A stretch of 64,000 nucleotides of DNA from Prorocentrum cordatum. Lineage: Eukaryota. A program made the position numbers and the translations under genes. Below are positions 27,207-40,712 of the stretch, in pieces. Location: contig CAUYUJ010000001.1 in the NCBI GenBank assembly GCA_963575745.1, positions 1,674,001 to 1,738,000 of the forward strand, in the 5' to 3' direction. The notes under the pieces were generated by a model, which ran no database searches, was not told the origin of the DNA, and was given only the letters and a program-made list of their open reading frames with translations. Within the stretch, counting starts at the first letter, position 1, and each line of letters starts with the position of its first letter.

Positions 27207-29205
27207 TATATATAACCGCACTCCATGAGCCACACTTCGTTCCCCGTAATTCGTAATTCTGGGAAACAATTGTGGCCCGTTGAGTGCGGCTTTTCGAAGG
27301 AAATTGCGTTTCCCATAGTTAGGAATTCAGAGAATTTGAATTCTGAATTATGGTAAACGCAATTTTCCCATAAAAGAACCGCACTCAATGAGCAACAGTT
27401 GCGTTTCCCATAATAACGAAATCGTGGCTCATTGAGTGCTGTTTTGTTGGAGGAAATTGCGTTTCCCTTAGTTCTTCGTCGGGAAAAATTGCGTTTCCCA
27501 TAATTCGGAATTGTGAGCCACAGTTTCGCTTTCCGTAGTTTATAGCCATAGGAAACGCAATTGTGGTTCCTTGAGTGCGTGGATTGTTGGAACATTCCGT
27601 TTCACATAATTCAGAATGCGAATTCTCGGAGTTCCGAATTATGGGAAACGCAATTTTCTTCAACAGGCCGCGCTCATTATGCCAGAATTGCGTTTCCAAT
27701 TATACAGAACTGTGTGAAACGCAATTGTGGCTCATTGAGTGCGGCTTGTTTGTATGAAAATTGCGTTTCCCATAATTCAGAAATCGAATTCTCGGAATCC
27801 CGAATTATGCGAAACACATTTCCCAAAACAGCTACATCCAATTAGCCACAATTGCGATTCCTATAGTTTGAAATTATGGGACACGCAAGTGCGGCACATT
27901 GAATACATTTGCTCAAGAAAATTGCGTTCCCCGTGATTCACAATTCGAATTTCCCGGCTTCCGAAGCATGGGAAACGCATTTTGTGCAAACAAAAGACCA
28001 TTCAATCAGCCACAAGTGCGTTTCCCATAATTCGGAAGTGTGGGAAACGCAATTGTGGCCCACTGAGTGAAGTTGTTTTGTGGCAAATTGCAATTCGCAC
28101 CTTTCAGAGTTCGAACTCTCGGAGTTCCGACTTATGGGAAACCACTGTTCCAAACAAAAGCCGTACCCAATGGGCCAGAATTACGTTTCCCATAATTCAG
28201 AATTATGGGAAACGCAATTGTGGTTCATTGAGTGCGTTTTTTTGAGGAAGATTCTGTTCTCCATCACTCAGAATTCGAATTCTCGGAATTCCGAATTATG
28301 GGAAACGCAATTTTCTTCAAAACAACCGCATTCAATGAGCCACACGTGCGCTTCCCATAATCTTTCATTCTGGGAAGCGCAATTGTGGCCTATTGAATGT
28401 GTTTGTGTTGAGGAAATTTTGTATTCTGAATTATGGGAGACGCATTTTTTTTGTTCCCTCTCTCTCTCTCTCTTTCATATATATATATATATATATAACC
28501 GCACTCCATGAGCCACACTTCGTTCCCCATAATTCGGAATTCTGGGAAACCATTGTGGCCCAGTGAGTGCGGCTTTTCGAAGGAAATTGCGCTTCCCATA
28601 GTTAGGAATTCAGAGAATTTGAATTCTGAATTATGGGAAACGCAATTTTCCCATAAAAGAACCGCATTCAATGAGCAACAGTTGCGTTTCCCATAATAAC
28701 GAAATCGTGGCTCATTGAGTGCTGTTTTGTTGAAGAAAATTGCGTTTCCCTTAGTTCTTCGGAATTTCGAGAATTCGCATTCTGAATTATGGGAAGCGCA
28801 ATTCTGTTCAAAAAACAGCACTCGATGTGTCACAATTGCGTTTCGCCTAATTCGGACTAATGCGAAACGCAACTTTGACCCATTGAGTGTTGTTTTTTAA
28901 GGAACATTGCGTTTCCCATAATTCGGAATTCCGAGAATCCGTACTCCGAAATATGGGAAACGCGGTTTTCATCAACAAACCGCATTCAATGAGCCACAAT
29001 TGCGTTTCCCATAAGTAAAAATATGGGAAGCGCAATTGTGGCTCATTGAGTATTTTTTTTTGGGGGGGGGAATTGCGTTTCCCATAATCAGGGATTCGAA
29101 TGATGGGAAACGCGTTTCCCACGCAATGTGTCCTTGGGGCAGTCGTCTGGGGTTGCGTTTCCCATAATTGTTGAATTATGGGAAACGCGTGCCCAGACGG
29201 CAGCC
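21313..29205. mobile_element. 7.9-kb AT-rich non-coding foldback-like element with ~110-bp imperfect TIRs, terminal hairpins and 8-bp TSD
   Basis: GATGCCAG at 21305-21312 and 29206-29213. The ends are inverted copies of each other. The interior is built of ATTATGGGAAACGCAATT / CAATGAGCCAC / GAATTC modules in alternating orientation, with an internal ~1-kb direct duplication (~26150-27480 vs ~27500-28760). Confidence 0.85.
21501..22524. mobile_element. Copy 2 of the ATTC-flanked asymmetric-IR element, nested in the foldback element
   Basis: ATTC(21497-21500)|TTTACGCTTCGCGTATCCCCACCAGCCC ... GGGCTGGTGGG|ATTC(22525-22528). Removing it restores the host motif CCCATAATTCCGAA. Confidence 0.85.
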
Positions 29206-30957
29206 GATGCCAGCGGCCGCGACGACGTCGCCTCAGGCAGCCGTCATCGTTGTCGGCGTCGTCGTCGTCGTCATCGTCGTCGTCGTCGTCGTCGTAACTC
29301 CGCCAGGGGGGCGATCCGCCTCCCACACTTCCTTCCGCAAAGGCACGACGCCATGGTCTGCGCCCTCCTGTGCCTGTACCACTCCTGGTTCGCCGCCTGC
29401 GCCGCCTCGTGCGCCGAGCCGGCGCCGGAGCCCGAGAAGGCCTGCGGGGGGGTGCTCGTTCCCCGCCGCGTCCTGTCCTCGATTCAACTGGCTGGCGCGG
29501 CGTGTCGGTGATAATCCGATCGCCCTCAGGTTGCGCGTTGGCCCAGTGTGTGTGTGTGGTGTGTGTGTGTGTACCTGCATGTGCTGTGGAATCATGTTGC
29601 TCACCCGCTCGCCTAGCGCAGACCATATTTCTGCACCTGCCACCATCCAGTCTACCAACCTGCTCACGCCTGGTGTGAATTCGCTGAAACGTGTCGCGAC
29701 ATAGCGCTTCGCGACGGTGTCGTCACCGCGCCGCTGGAGGAAGCTGTATTCTGTGTATGTGCGTGTGTGTCAAAGGAGAGTAAGTTGAGACAACGGTAAT
29801 TGGCCTTCGGGGGGGGGGAACCTCGTCGCCATTGGACGCAGCTGTGAAAGCTTGGGCACAGCTCGGAAAACTTGTGCGCTTGGACCCTGGAAGGGGTGTG
29901 CATCTCCTTTCGTATCCACCGGCAACGCGAAGCCTGTGCCGACCCTCACGACAGAGCCCGCGTCGTTCCGATATTCTCTGGTGTACAAGCACACGCTGGT
30001 GCCAACACGCGTTCGGAGGATCATCGAGCAGCCGCCGATGACGGATCGGTTGGTTGAAGGACGTGTTTCCGCCTGCTTCGGTCCACTTGCAGCTTGTTGC
30101 CATTCTTTTCTGTTCCGGCCATTCCGTATCATCACCAAGCATGCCGCTCCAGTCAACCTCCTCCTTCCTCCCCTTTCCGATATTGTCTCACCTTCGCCGC
30201 CACCTTGTCCGCGGCGCACAACACGCTGACCTTGCGGCGCAACGCACCACGGCACGTCGTTCGCAAACCATTGGCGGAACCCAGTGGGCTGGACCCTATG
30301 CCACCCGACGTTCTGCGGCACGTTCTGCAACCTATGGGCGGGATCCCACTGGTGGGGCCGCCATTCGGCATGCCATGTGCAGCCGATTGGCACGGTCCTA
30401 TAGCACCCAAAGCTCTCCGCGGCACGCCATACGCAACTCATAGGCGGGGTGCTATGGATTGGCAATAGGGCACCCGACATCCTCTTGCACGTCATGCGCA
30501 GCTCACGTGCGGGACTCCATGGCACTCAAAGTTGTAGGGCACGTCATGCACCCAGTGCTGTGAAGAGGACAAGCCATAGCGGCCCAAGCAGTCACAACAG
30601 CAGCGGCCCACAAACAGCATCCGACTTGGTAAGAGAAGCCGTAACAGTCCAAGCAGCAGAAGCCATGTCGGTAGAAGCAGCACCGGCGATCTGGAAACAC
30701 AGACCCTAGACCATAGCGGACCAAACCGCCAAGTCAATTGCAGTCTCGGCAGCAGCGGCCGATTGAGCATCACAGGCTATAGGGCCATGGCGGCCCAAGC
30801 AGCCAAAGCGTTTACGCAGCAACGGTCGACTTGGCAATCCATGCCGTAGCGAAGCAGCCGCAGTCATACCAGTCCACGCAGCAACGGCCGACCTGGCAGC
30901 ACAGGCCACAGCGGCCCGAGCAGCCAGCGCTGTGCGTGACCGTCCAAGCGGCCAAAA

Positions 30958-32095
30958 TTATCCAGGCGAAGGACCCAACCACATGCAGCTGTGAGCACCG
31001 CGTTGTGGGTACCGCTCTCGGAGGACCCCCCTATGGGGCCACGATCCTCGTGAGGGGTGTGCCGAAATCGACTGGGGGACGCATGCAAACCCTGCCGCTG
31101 CGGCCTTCGGTGGAGCTCCAAACGGGCCACGATCCCCGTGAGGGATGTGCAGAAATCAGCGGGGGACGTGTGCAAACCTTGCCGCTGGGGCCTTCGGTGG
31201 AGCTGCCTATGGGGTCACGATCCTCGTGAGGGGTGTACGGACATGGGCGGGGGGGGCGCATGCAAACCCTGCTGCTGGGGCCTTTGGTGGAGCTGCCTAT
31301 GGGGCTGCGATCCCAGTGAGGGGTGTGCCGAAATGGGTGGGGGGACGCATGCAAACCCTGCCGCTGGGGCCTTCGGTGGAGCTCCCTATGGGGCCACGAT
31401 CCTCGTGAGGGGTGTGCCGAAATGGGTGGGGGGACGCATGCAAACCCTGCCGCTGCGTCTTCGGTGAAGCTCCCTACGGGGCCACGATCCTCGTGAGGGG
31501 TGTGCAGAGCTGGGCGGGTGGACGCATGCAAACCCTGCCGCTGAGGCCTTCGGTGGAGCTCCCTGCGGGGCCACGATCCTTGTGAGGGGTGTGCCGAAAT
31601 CAGCTGGGGGACGCATGCAAACCCTGCCGCAGGGGCCTTTGGTGGAGCTCCCTATGGGGCCGCGATCCTCGTGAGGGGTGTGCCGACATCGGCTGGGGGA
31701 CGCATGCAAACCCTGCCGCTGGAGCCTACGGTGAGCTCCTCATGGGGCCACGATCCTTGTGAGGGGTGTGCCACAATGGGCGGGGGGACGCATGCCAACC
31801 CTGCCGCTGGGGCGCTGGGGCCTTGGGTGGAGCTCCATATTGGGCCACGATCCTCGTGAGGGGTGTGCCGAAATGGGGGAGGACGCATGCAAACCCTGCC
31901 GCTGGGGCCTTCGGTGGAGCTCCCTATGGGGTCACGATCCTGGTGAGGGGTGTGCCGACATGGTGGACATGCGGCGAGCAGAAGCAGGAATGGGAGGAGG
32001 GAGGAGGGGGAGGAGGGGGGGGGCAGCGGGAGGAGGTGAGACGCGGGGCGCTGTCTCTTCAAAACGAGGACCCAACACCACAGGATGGTTGGGAA
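30958..32095. mobile_element. Second member of the 3796-5817 family, carrying ~80-85-bp tandem units
   Basis: TTATCCAGGCGAAGGA-CCCAACCA(30974-30981) ... TTCAAAACGAGGACCCAACACCACAGGA-TGGTTGGG(32086-32093)AA. A further right end occurs inverted at ~35497-35550, and repeat units at ~56866-56995. Confidence 0.75.
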
Positions 32096-35000
32096 CAATA
32101 GCTGTCTACGCAGCAGCAGTGGCCGACACAGCCATATCGGCCTATGCGGTTACGACCGGCCGCGCCATACAGGGCAGGGCCTTGAGAGCCCACGGCGCTC
32201 CAGCGCACGCACTGTTTTGAGGCTTTGGGCAACGGGGGCGAATCATTGAAGCAGTGCCCCGACGCAAATGTCGGCAACACAGCGTCCGCTCTTCAGCACA
32301 ACAGACAACTTCCTGGAGGAAACGTGATCGCAATCACGCCGAGTCATCGCTGCGGGGCGCAGCGAAGAAGGCCACGACCGTAATCAACTCGCGTACAATT
32401 CTTATCCAGAGAGACGCTAGGTGTGAAGAGCCCGCGTCGCTGACGCGACTCCTAGGAGTCAGGTGCCGTTGCGCAACATGGGCACAGTATGGAAGGGCCG
32501 CGCGGTGTTGCCATCCTCGAAGAGCGGGGAGGGCGAAGGAGGGCCGCCCCCCTCCCTGCCCCCTCTTGACTTAGACCAGCACTCAGCGGACAGCACTCCC
32601 AGCGTCACCGGCAGCAGCACCGGCGAGGATAGCATTACCAGCCTCGCCCTCACGATTGGGACTTGCACGGTGGCAAACATGCAGGGGAGTAGCGCGAGCG
32701 TGCGCACAGCAGTATCCATGCCAGGACGGCTGGGTCCAGCAGCGGCTCACCGAGCAACACGTTAGAGACCAGTGCTTGCAGCAATCCCAGCACGACGGAG
32801 AGCAGCAACGCCTCTCTTGCACAGTCCTGTTTTACCTGTGCTGAGTGGAGTTGTCATTTGTTTCGTTTGTCCTCTGACTCGGAGTCCACAGTCGCTTCGC
32901 CTCGAGCCCAGCACGCACGCTACGCAAAGACTCGCGAAGACTGCCCGTCTCTGCTCCTCCTCGTCTGAGACAGCCGCTGGGCCATCCTTGGCCTTAGACA
33001 CAGCACCAAAGATCGATAGTTGGTTGGCATCGATTCATAAGTGTACAAATATGTGTACATACGTATATATGTTAGCCAACGTAGACCGCAAACAGTGTGT
33101 TTCTAGCCACGTGTGCAGCATGCGATGTGCAACACATCTATAGTTACACACTTAGTTATACTTTTAGTGTGCAATCTATGTGGTTCAGTATATGTGGTAC
33201 AGTATTTACAGTGCGGTATATTTGTGTTGCAATATATATATATACATATACATATACATATATATATATATATGTTCATATACACATATATGGTGCACTA
33301 TATGCAATATAGTGCAGCCTTTATTGTGCCGTATATGCGGTGCAGTCTATGTTGTGCAATGTGTGTGCTGCAATATATGTTGTTCGATCTACTCTGTGCA
33401 ATCTCTGCAATGCAACCTGTGTGGTGCAATGTATGTTTTGCAATATAGGCGCCGACGGGGCGGCGACGGCGACAACATAGCCGCCAGACCGACGCTCAGG
33501 CCCAGACGACGGGTGGCGACGAGGCTGTGACGGGGCGGCGACGGCGACAACATAGCCGCCAGACCGGCGGTCAGACCCAGACGACGGGCGGCGACGGGGC
33601 GGCGACGGCGACAGCATCGCCGCCAGACCGGCGCTCCTCAGAACGGTAGGAAGAACCCCTAAGTGCAAGCATTGTTTGGGATACATGTTAGCCAGCGTGG
33701 GCCCCAATCTATGCGGCGCAATCTGGCTTTGCAATCAATGTGGTGCAATCTAGGTGGTGCAATCCATGTGGTTCAATCGATGTTGGATCACTTCCGTTCG
33801 CTCTTGAATTCCCCAGTGGCTCTCTTTGAACCTGTCTTTACCTGTGTTCTTCCTGGCTTGCAGCAGGAAGACAGATCTGCTAAGACATTGTTGACTGCGC
33901 TGACTTGTCATCAACGCACGCGTGCTACCGATCTTGGGACTGAATCCCTCATACAAAACTTGGCAGGTCCGTGCGACGGTATGATTCACTCGGCCAGGAG
34001 CTGACCTAGTGCCTGGGAGCAGGGCATGGGGCCCTCCCGTCTTACTTCTGTTCGCAATGGCGCGCGCGCAGCTGAATGCTAGCACACGTATAGTAAGACG
34101 CAATGTCGTACACAACAAAACGAGGAGGAACCCGAACTCACATTTCGAGCCCTCCGCCCGCGGTAGACCCCAAGGCCGTCAGCAGGCCCCAAAGAGGCCC
34201 CCAAGGGCGCCCAAAGAGGCCCCAAGAGGTCCCCAAACGGTCCCCGAGAGGCCCCGAGAAGCTTCAAAACTCGCTCCACGGGGCGCCCGACAATCACGCC
34301 AAGAGACCCGCCATTACAGATATCCCAGAAGCCGCTGGCCCAAAACTCAGGCACGGTGGCGGTATGGGCCGAAGGCCACACAGTGGAGACCCATGCCAAG
34401 AAACACCCTGCTTGCCTCCAGGGTGCCCTGGGTTTCTTGGGTTTCGACGGTTTTGCCATGGAGAGCGCGACGTTCCCACACCAGAAATCGATGGACGTCC
34501 TGGGATCTCGGGGTTGGGTTTCTTGTGGGAGGTCTCTTGTGGACTGGCCCCCACCGGATGTGCCCCTCGCCCCGTGGAGAAGCCACAACGGAAGACGGGC
34601 ACGTGCTGACCACATCCGGCCTTCCTGGGGGCCCAGGGGCCGCACCCTTCGGGACGAGCAGCCGGCCCCGGGGACGGTGTCCAGGGGTCCACTGTAGATC
34701 CGCCGCCCCCTGTGGCTTGCCACACGGGGTGCACGGCGTGCCACAGGTCCTGTTCTGAAGAGCTCCCCGCGGGGCTCCGGCTCAGCCCGCCGGCCGCGCC
34801 CAGAAGATGCACCTTCCGTCGCTTCTTTCGCTTGAGGCGGTTTCAAGATGGCCTCGAAGACGGCCAAGATGGCCCCCCAGACGTCCAAGATGGCCCTGAG
34901 AGGGCCCAAGATGGCCGACAAGTGTGGCCAAGGCGGCCCGAGATGCACCCACGACGGCCTACAGTGGCTTCAACATGACCCAAGGCGGCCCAAGAAGCTC

Positions 35001-37353
35001 CCAAGAGGCTTCCAAGACTGCCCAAGAGGCCTCCAAGAGGACTTACAGGAAGAACCGAAGAGGTCGCAAGTATTGTGGTTCCTTAGGTTTTTGAAGGATG
35101 TTGGCTTTCGCGCCTCTTCGGCTTTCCGACGGCTCCAGGCGGTCCGAATGATCCCAACGATCGCCACAAGATCGCCGCAGATGCCTTCAAGATGACCTCA
35201 TGACGGCCCAAGAAGCCCCCACGACCCAAAGACGGTCCCAGATGATTTTCAGGACGGCCAATATGGCCCCAAGAGAACCCAAGATGGTCGCAACATGTTT
35301 CCTAAATGGCCCAAGGTGTACACGCGATGGGCTAAGATGACCTAGGACGGTCCAAGAGGACCCAAGAGGGCCCCCAAAGGGCCCCAGAGGGCTTGAAGAG
35401 GGCCCAAGAGGCTTCCAATATGCCAAATTCATGGATTTCCCCTCAGGTGTTGGAACGATTCTGGTTTTCGCTGCTGGTATGTGTGCTGCATGATTGTTCC
35501 CAACCATCCTGCGATGCTGGGTTCTCGTTTTGAAGAGACTGCGCCCCGCGTCCTCTCGTCTCCTCCTCTGCCTTTGCCTGTGCTCTCCGCGCGTCACGAC
35601 CACGATGGACAGTCGGGGAAGGAAATGAATGAGGACATCTTTTGAAGTTTTGGGGTCACCAGTTTCGTGTTTTGGCGGGTTTCGGGCCCAGAAGGGGGCT
35701 CAGACTAGCGCGTTGGCCACTTCCTCCTGCCGCCTGTTTCCCCTGCTTTCCCCCTGCCTCCTCGTCTCCCCCCCCCTCCTCCCTCCCCCGGCAAACGAGT
35801 TGACTCAAGATGGGGCGAGAAATTCGCCATTGCCGCCGCCCTTCGCACCGCGCCGCGGCCGACCGTGTACCTACGGGGCCATTGGCCGCAGCCGTCACCG
35901 CTTCCAAGAAAAAGTAGTCAACTCAAGGGGGCGTCAGAAACCCGCGGCTGGGCTTCCAAGAAAAAATGGCTAACCCAAAATAATGTCCATTAACTAGTGA
36001 TTATCCCAAGAGGGCTTCCAAGAAAAAGTGGCTAACTCAAGATGGCCGCCACCTCGGAGTTAACTCAAGAAGGTTTCCAAGAAAACATGGTTAGTTCAAG
36101 ATGGGGCGAGACCGGTGCCGTCGCCGCCGCCCGACGCGCCGCGCCACGGGCGATCATATTATTAGGGGGCCGTCGATTGCAGCCAGCAATTTTGGCCCGC
36201 AACGACCACCACACGCCACTGACCAATCCATCGCCGACACCATCCACCAGCACCTCGACTCCCACCGCTAGCGCCCCGTGTACCACAACACCACAGCCGA
36301 ACGACCTTCCACTGACTGCTTACCCCGATGTTCGGGGGCCCCGTCCTGGCAACATATGTTCTGTCAAGAGGGTGGTGGACTTCAACCGCCAGCGCCGCCC
36401 TACCCACCACGTCGCAGCCATGCCACTAGGGAACCATCGCCCACAGCCAGCAATGTTGGCCCGCAGCGATCTCCACACGCCATCGCCACCACCTCTGGGG
36501 ATGCGACTTCAGCCACGAGTTCTAAGGAGTAGTCTAGTACCAGCGGCGTGGTAGTGGCTGAGCGGCACGGCCACAAAGGAGCTAACCTACTCATGCTTGT
36601 CACAGGACGCCGCTGCGCGGGGCAAGCTCCGCCCCAAGAGAGCGCGCGGCGCGGGGCAAGTTCCGTCCGGAGGAGCGCACTGCGCGTGCAAGCTCCGCCC
36701 CGCAGGAACGCGCTGCGGAGGCAAGAGTAATGGCGAGGGGCGCTGGGTGGTAATAGACGCTACTGGGCGCTAATGAGTGGCAGTGCGGCACCAAGGTGAC
36801 ACGCAAGGGCTCCATGGACTTGACACGCAGCACGCTGTTGTCAGTCGCGCTTTGTTCGCTGTGCCCCGCGCGGGCCTCCATGGGAGACACGGCCAGGACA
36901 TTGGAAACCAGGGGGGGGTACACTTTGGCTGCGAGTCGCGTACCCTTCTGCTTGGAGTTTGACTTGTTTTGCTTGTGAGCTTCCGACTCCACATGTTTAT
37001 TTGAAGCTCAGGCGATCCACGGAGAAGTGGTGGCAGCAGACATTATCCGATACGTAGCAGACGCGGCGTCGATGTGGTCGTGGCCGCGGAGCTGGTCGTG
37101 CCCTGTTTCGGCGACAGCACGGGGCAGGCCTTCTCAGACGGTGGCGGGGCTTCTCAGAAGCCCTCGCCACTTCTGACAGCTGTCTCCAAAGCCACAGACG
37201 GCGTCTCAGAAGGCATGAGGGCTTCCGAGAAGCCCCGCCGCCTTTGAGAAGGCCTGTCCCCTTTCATTTCCCCCCCTGGGCTCGCCACCGAGACGGGGTC
37301 GTGTCCGAGCTGGTCGTGCCTTGTCTCTTCGTATCCTGCCCTTGCCCCGGCAG

Positions 37354-37430
37354 GTGCCCGAGGAGTCCGAGGGCAACGTGGACGCCGCCAGCGTCGTCAG
37401 CGCCATCTTCTCGGTTCAGTACGGGCCGAG
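37354..37430 (+). CDS. Candidate short host exon (VPEESEGNVDAASVVSAIFSVQYGP)
   Basis: Pyrimidine-rich CAG|G acceptor, GAG|GT donor, GC3-rich codons. Confidence 0.45.
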
Positions 37431-37558
37431 GTCGCTGGCCACCCGATCCCAGGGCAATCTGAAGGGGAGACAGTCTGTGTTTATGACGTCTGTTGTTCCT
37501 AGAGACGTCGACGTGTACATCTCCGGTCCCGAGGTTTCCGGGGCGTCTCTGGAGGGGG

Positions 37559-37628
37559 TTTAGGGTTTAGGGTTTAGGGTTTAGGGTTTAGGGTTTAGGG
37601 TTTAGGGTTTAGGGTTTAGGGTTTAGGG
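37559..37628 (+). repeat. Interstitial telomeric repeat (TTTAGGG)10
   Basis: Ten perfect TTTAGGG units. Confidence 0.95.
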
Positions 37629-38625
37629 GTTCTCGTCGCCACGGCTGGGCGCAGCTCGAAGGACGATCGCCACTGTCGGCCCTGGGATGGCTCGAGGGTG
37701 GGCATTTTTGAGTGGCTTGTGGCTCCGCCCTCCCTCCCCCCCAGAACGCGGGGTGAGACGGGAACCAAGGGCTCCCACGAGGGCGCGAAGTTATTCGCGC
37801 TTCGCGCTTCGCGGTCCTCGTTCCTTCTCCCCCTCCTCCTCGTCCTCCTATTCTCCCTTTGGGAGGGCGGCGCGAGAGCGCGAAGTTATTCGCGCTTCGC
37901 GCTTCGCGCAGCGCGAAGCGCGAAGTTGGGAGCCCTAGGGAAGGTAGGGACAGCGCGCGCTGCGAGGGAAGAGAGGTGGGGAGTCGGAGGCGGGCGAGTA
38001 CGGTAGTTAGCCTTCGGGGGGTTCCCCTCGTCGCCATGGCCGAACGCAGCTCGGACAACTGATGCATTTGGGCGCAGTGAGGAGTGCGGGGACCGACTTG
38101 AGCCGTCGTTGTCTCAACTGGCCTTCTCCGCGGGAGGCAAAAAGAGGACGGGGGGTCGATCGCCGGTTCCTCATAGCCAGACGCTGGCGTAGCAAAGCGC
38201 TGCGCATCATGTTTTCTGTAGCTGTGGTTCGCCCTGCCTTTCGCAGTATTGTTCGATTCTGCGTCGCGTTGCATACCTGCAGACGTTCGACTGGATCTGA
38301 ATTGGGCCTCCTTTGTCGTCGTGTCAGTACTTGCGCTATGGGCTCCTATTCAAGCTCGCAGTAGAAGAGAAGCCACTGCCAAGAGACACCCTGCATGCCT
38401 CCAGGGTGCCTTGGGTTTCTTGGGTTTCGATGGCTTTTCTTCGGGAAGCGTGACGTTCCCACATCAGTTATCCCGGCAAAACAACCTAACAGCGATGTGT
38501 AGGAGCATATCTGGAAGCATTCCCCTTAAGATTCAGATGAGAACCCAGTTGTAGAATTCTGCTGTTCTCGCAGTCGTAGTCGCGTTCGCGATGACAGTCG
38601 CAGTGGCAACGGCAGTCGCAGTCAC

Positions 38626-40355
38626 AGCCTCAGCCTCAGCCTGCCTCAGCCTCAGCCTCAGCCTGCCTCAGCCTCAGCCTGCCTCAGCCTCAGCCTCAGC
38701 CTGCTTCAGCCTGCTTCAGCCTCAGCCTCAGTCTGCCTTCAGCCTCGGCCTCAGCCTCAGCCTGCCTCAGCCTCAGCCTGCATCAGCCTCAGCCTCAGCC
38801 TCAGCCTGCCTCAGCATCAGCCTGCCTCAGCCTCAGCCTCAGCCTGCCTCAGCCTCAGCCTCAGCCTGCTTCAGCCTCAGCCTCAGTCTGCCTTCAGCCT
38901 CGGCCTCAGCCTCAGCCTGCCTCAGCCTCAGCCTGCATCAGCCTCAGCCTCAGCCTCAGCCTGCCTCAGCATCAGCCTGCCTCAGCCTCAGCCTCAGCCT
39001 GCCTCAGCCTCAGCCTCAGCCTGCTTCAGCCTCAGCCTCAGTCTGCCTTCAGCCTCGGCCTCAGCCTCAGCCTGCCTCAGCCTCAGCCTGCATCAGCCTC
39101 AGCCTCAGCCTCAGCCTCAGCCTCAGCCTCAGCCTCAGCCTCAGCCTCAGCCTCAGCCTCAGCCTCAGCCTCAGCCTCAGCCTCAGCCTCAGCCTCAGCC
39201 TCAGCCTGCCTCAGCCTCAGCCTGCCTCAGCCTCAGCCTGCCTCAGCCTCAGCCTCAGCCTCAGCCTCAGCCTCAGCCTCAGCCTGCCTCAGCCTCAGCC
39301 TCAGCCTGCAGCCTCAGCCTGCTTCAGCCTCAGCCTCAGTCTGCCTTCAGCCTCGGCCTCAGCCTCAGCCTGCCTCAGCCTCAGCCTGCATCAGCCTCAG
39401 CCTCAGCCTCAGCCTGCCTCAGCATCAGCCTGCCTCAGCCTCAGCCTCAGCCTGCCTCAGCCTCAGCCTCAGCCTGCTTCAGCCTCAGCCTCAGTCTGCC
39501 TTCAGCCTCGCCTCAGCCTCAGCCTGCCTCAGCCTCAGCCTGCATCAGCCTCAGCCTCAGCCTCAGCCTGCCTCAGCATCAGCCTGCCTCAGCCTCAGCC
39601 TCAGCCTGCCTCAGCCTCAGCCTCAGCCTGCTTCAGCCTCAGCCTCAGTCTGCCTTCAGCCTCGGCCTCAGCCTCAGCCTGCCTCAGCCTCAGCCTGCAT
39701 CAGCCTCAGCCTCAGCCTCAGCCTGCCTCAGCATCAGCCTGCCTCAGCCTCAGCCTCAGCCTGCCTCAGCCTCAGCCTCAGCCTGCTTCAGCCTCAGCCT
39801 CAGTCTGCCTTCAGCCTCGGCCTCAGCCTCAGCCTGCCTCAGCCTCAGCCTGCATCAGCCTCAGCCTCAGCCTCAGCCTGCCTCAGCATCAGCCTGCCTC
39901 AGCCTCAGCCTCAGCCTGCCTCAGCCTCAGCCTCAGCCTCAGCCTCAGCCTCAGCCTGCTTCAGCCTCAGCCTCAGTCTGCCTTCAGCCTCGGCCTCAGC
40001 CTCAGCCTGCCTCAGCCTCAGCCTGCATCAGCCTCAGCCTCAGCCTCAGCCTGCCTCAGCATCAGCCTGCCTCAGCCTCAGCCTCAGCCTGCCTCAGCCT
40101 CAGCCTCAGCCTGCTTCAGCCTCAGCCTCAGTCTGCCTTCAGCCTCGGCCTCAGCCTCAGCCTCAGCCTCAGCCTGCATCAGCCTCAGCCTCAGCCTCAG
40201 CCTGCCTCAGCCTCAGCCTGCCTCAGCCTCAGCCTCAGCCTCAGCCTCAGCCTCAGCCTCAGCCTGCAGCCTCAGCCTCAGTCTGCCTTCAGCCTCGGCC
40301 TCAGCCTCAGCCTGCCTCAGCCTCAGCCTCAGCATCAGCATCAGCCTGCCTCAGC
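38626..40355. repeat. (GCCTCA)n hexamer satellite with recurring variant blocks
   Basis: Directly visible. The variant CAGTCTGCCTTCAGCCTCGG recurs as a higher-order unit. Confidence 0.95.
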
Positions 40356-40372
40356 ATTCAGAATGTGGCCCG

Positions 40373-40712
40373 GGAGTGGAGTTTTGGGAACTCGAAGAAC
40401 ACGAAGTGGCCTACAGTTGGCTCGGGGCATTCAAAATCATGCCCAGGAATGGAGTTCTGGGAACTCGAAGACCACGAAGTGGCCTACAGGTGGCTCGGGG
40501 CATTCAAAATCATGCCCAGGAATGGAATTCTGGGAACTCGAAGACCACGAAGTGGTCTACGGTTGGCTCCGGGCATTCAAAATCATGCCCAGGAATGGAG
40601 TTCTGGGAACTCGAAGAACACGAAGTGGCCTACAGTTTGCTCCGGGCATTCAAAATCATGCCCAGGCATGGAGTTCTGGGAACTCGAAGAACACGAAGTG
40701 GCCTACAGTTGG
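40373..40712. repeat. 73-bp tandem repeat, about 4.7 copies
   Basis: GG(A/C)ATGGA(G/A)TTCTGGGAACTCGAAG starts at 40446, 40519, 40592 and 40665. Confidence 0.9.

Noticed and set aside
22790..28900. Many short ORFs with ELWETQ / MGNAIF motifs
   Set aside because: Translations of the non-coding modules of the foldback element.
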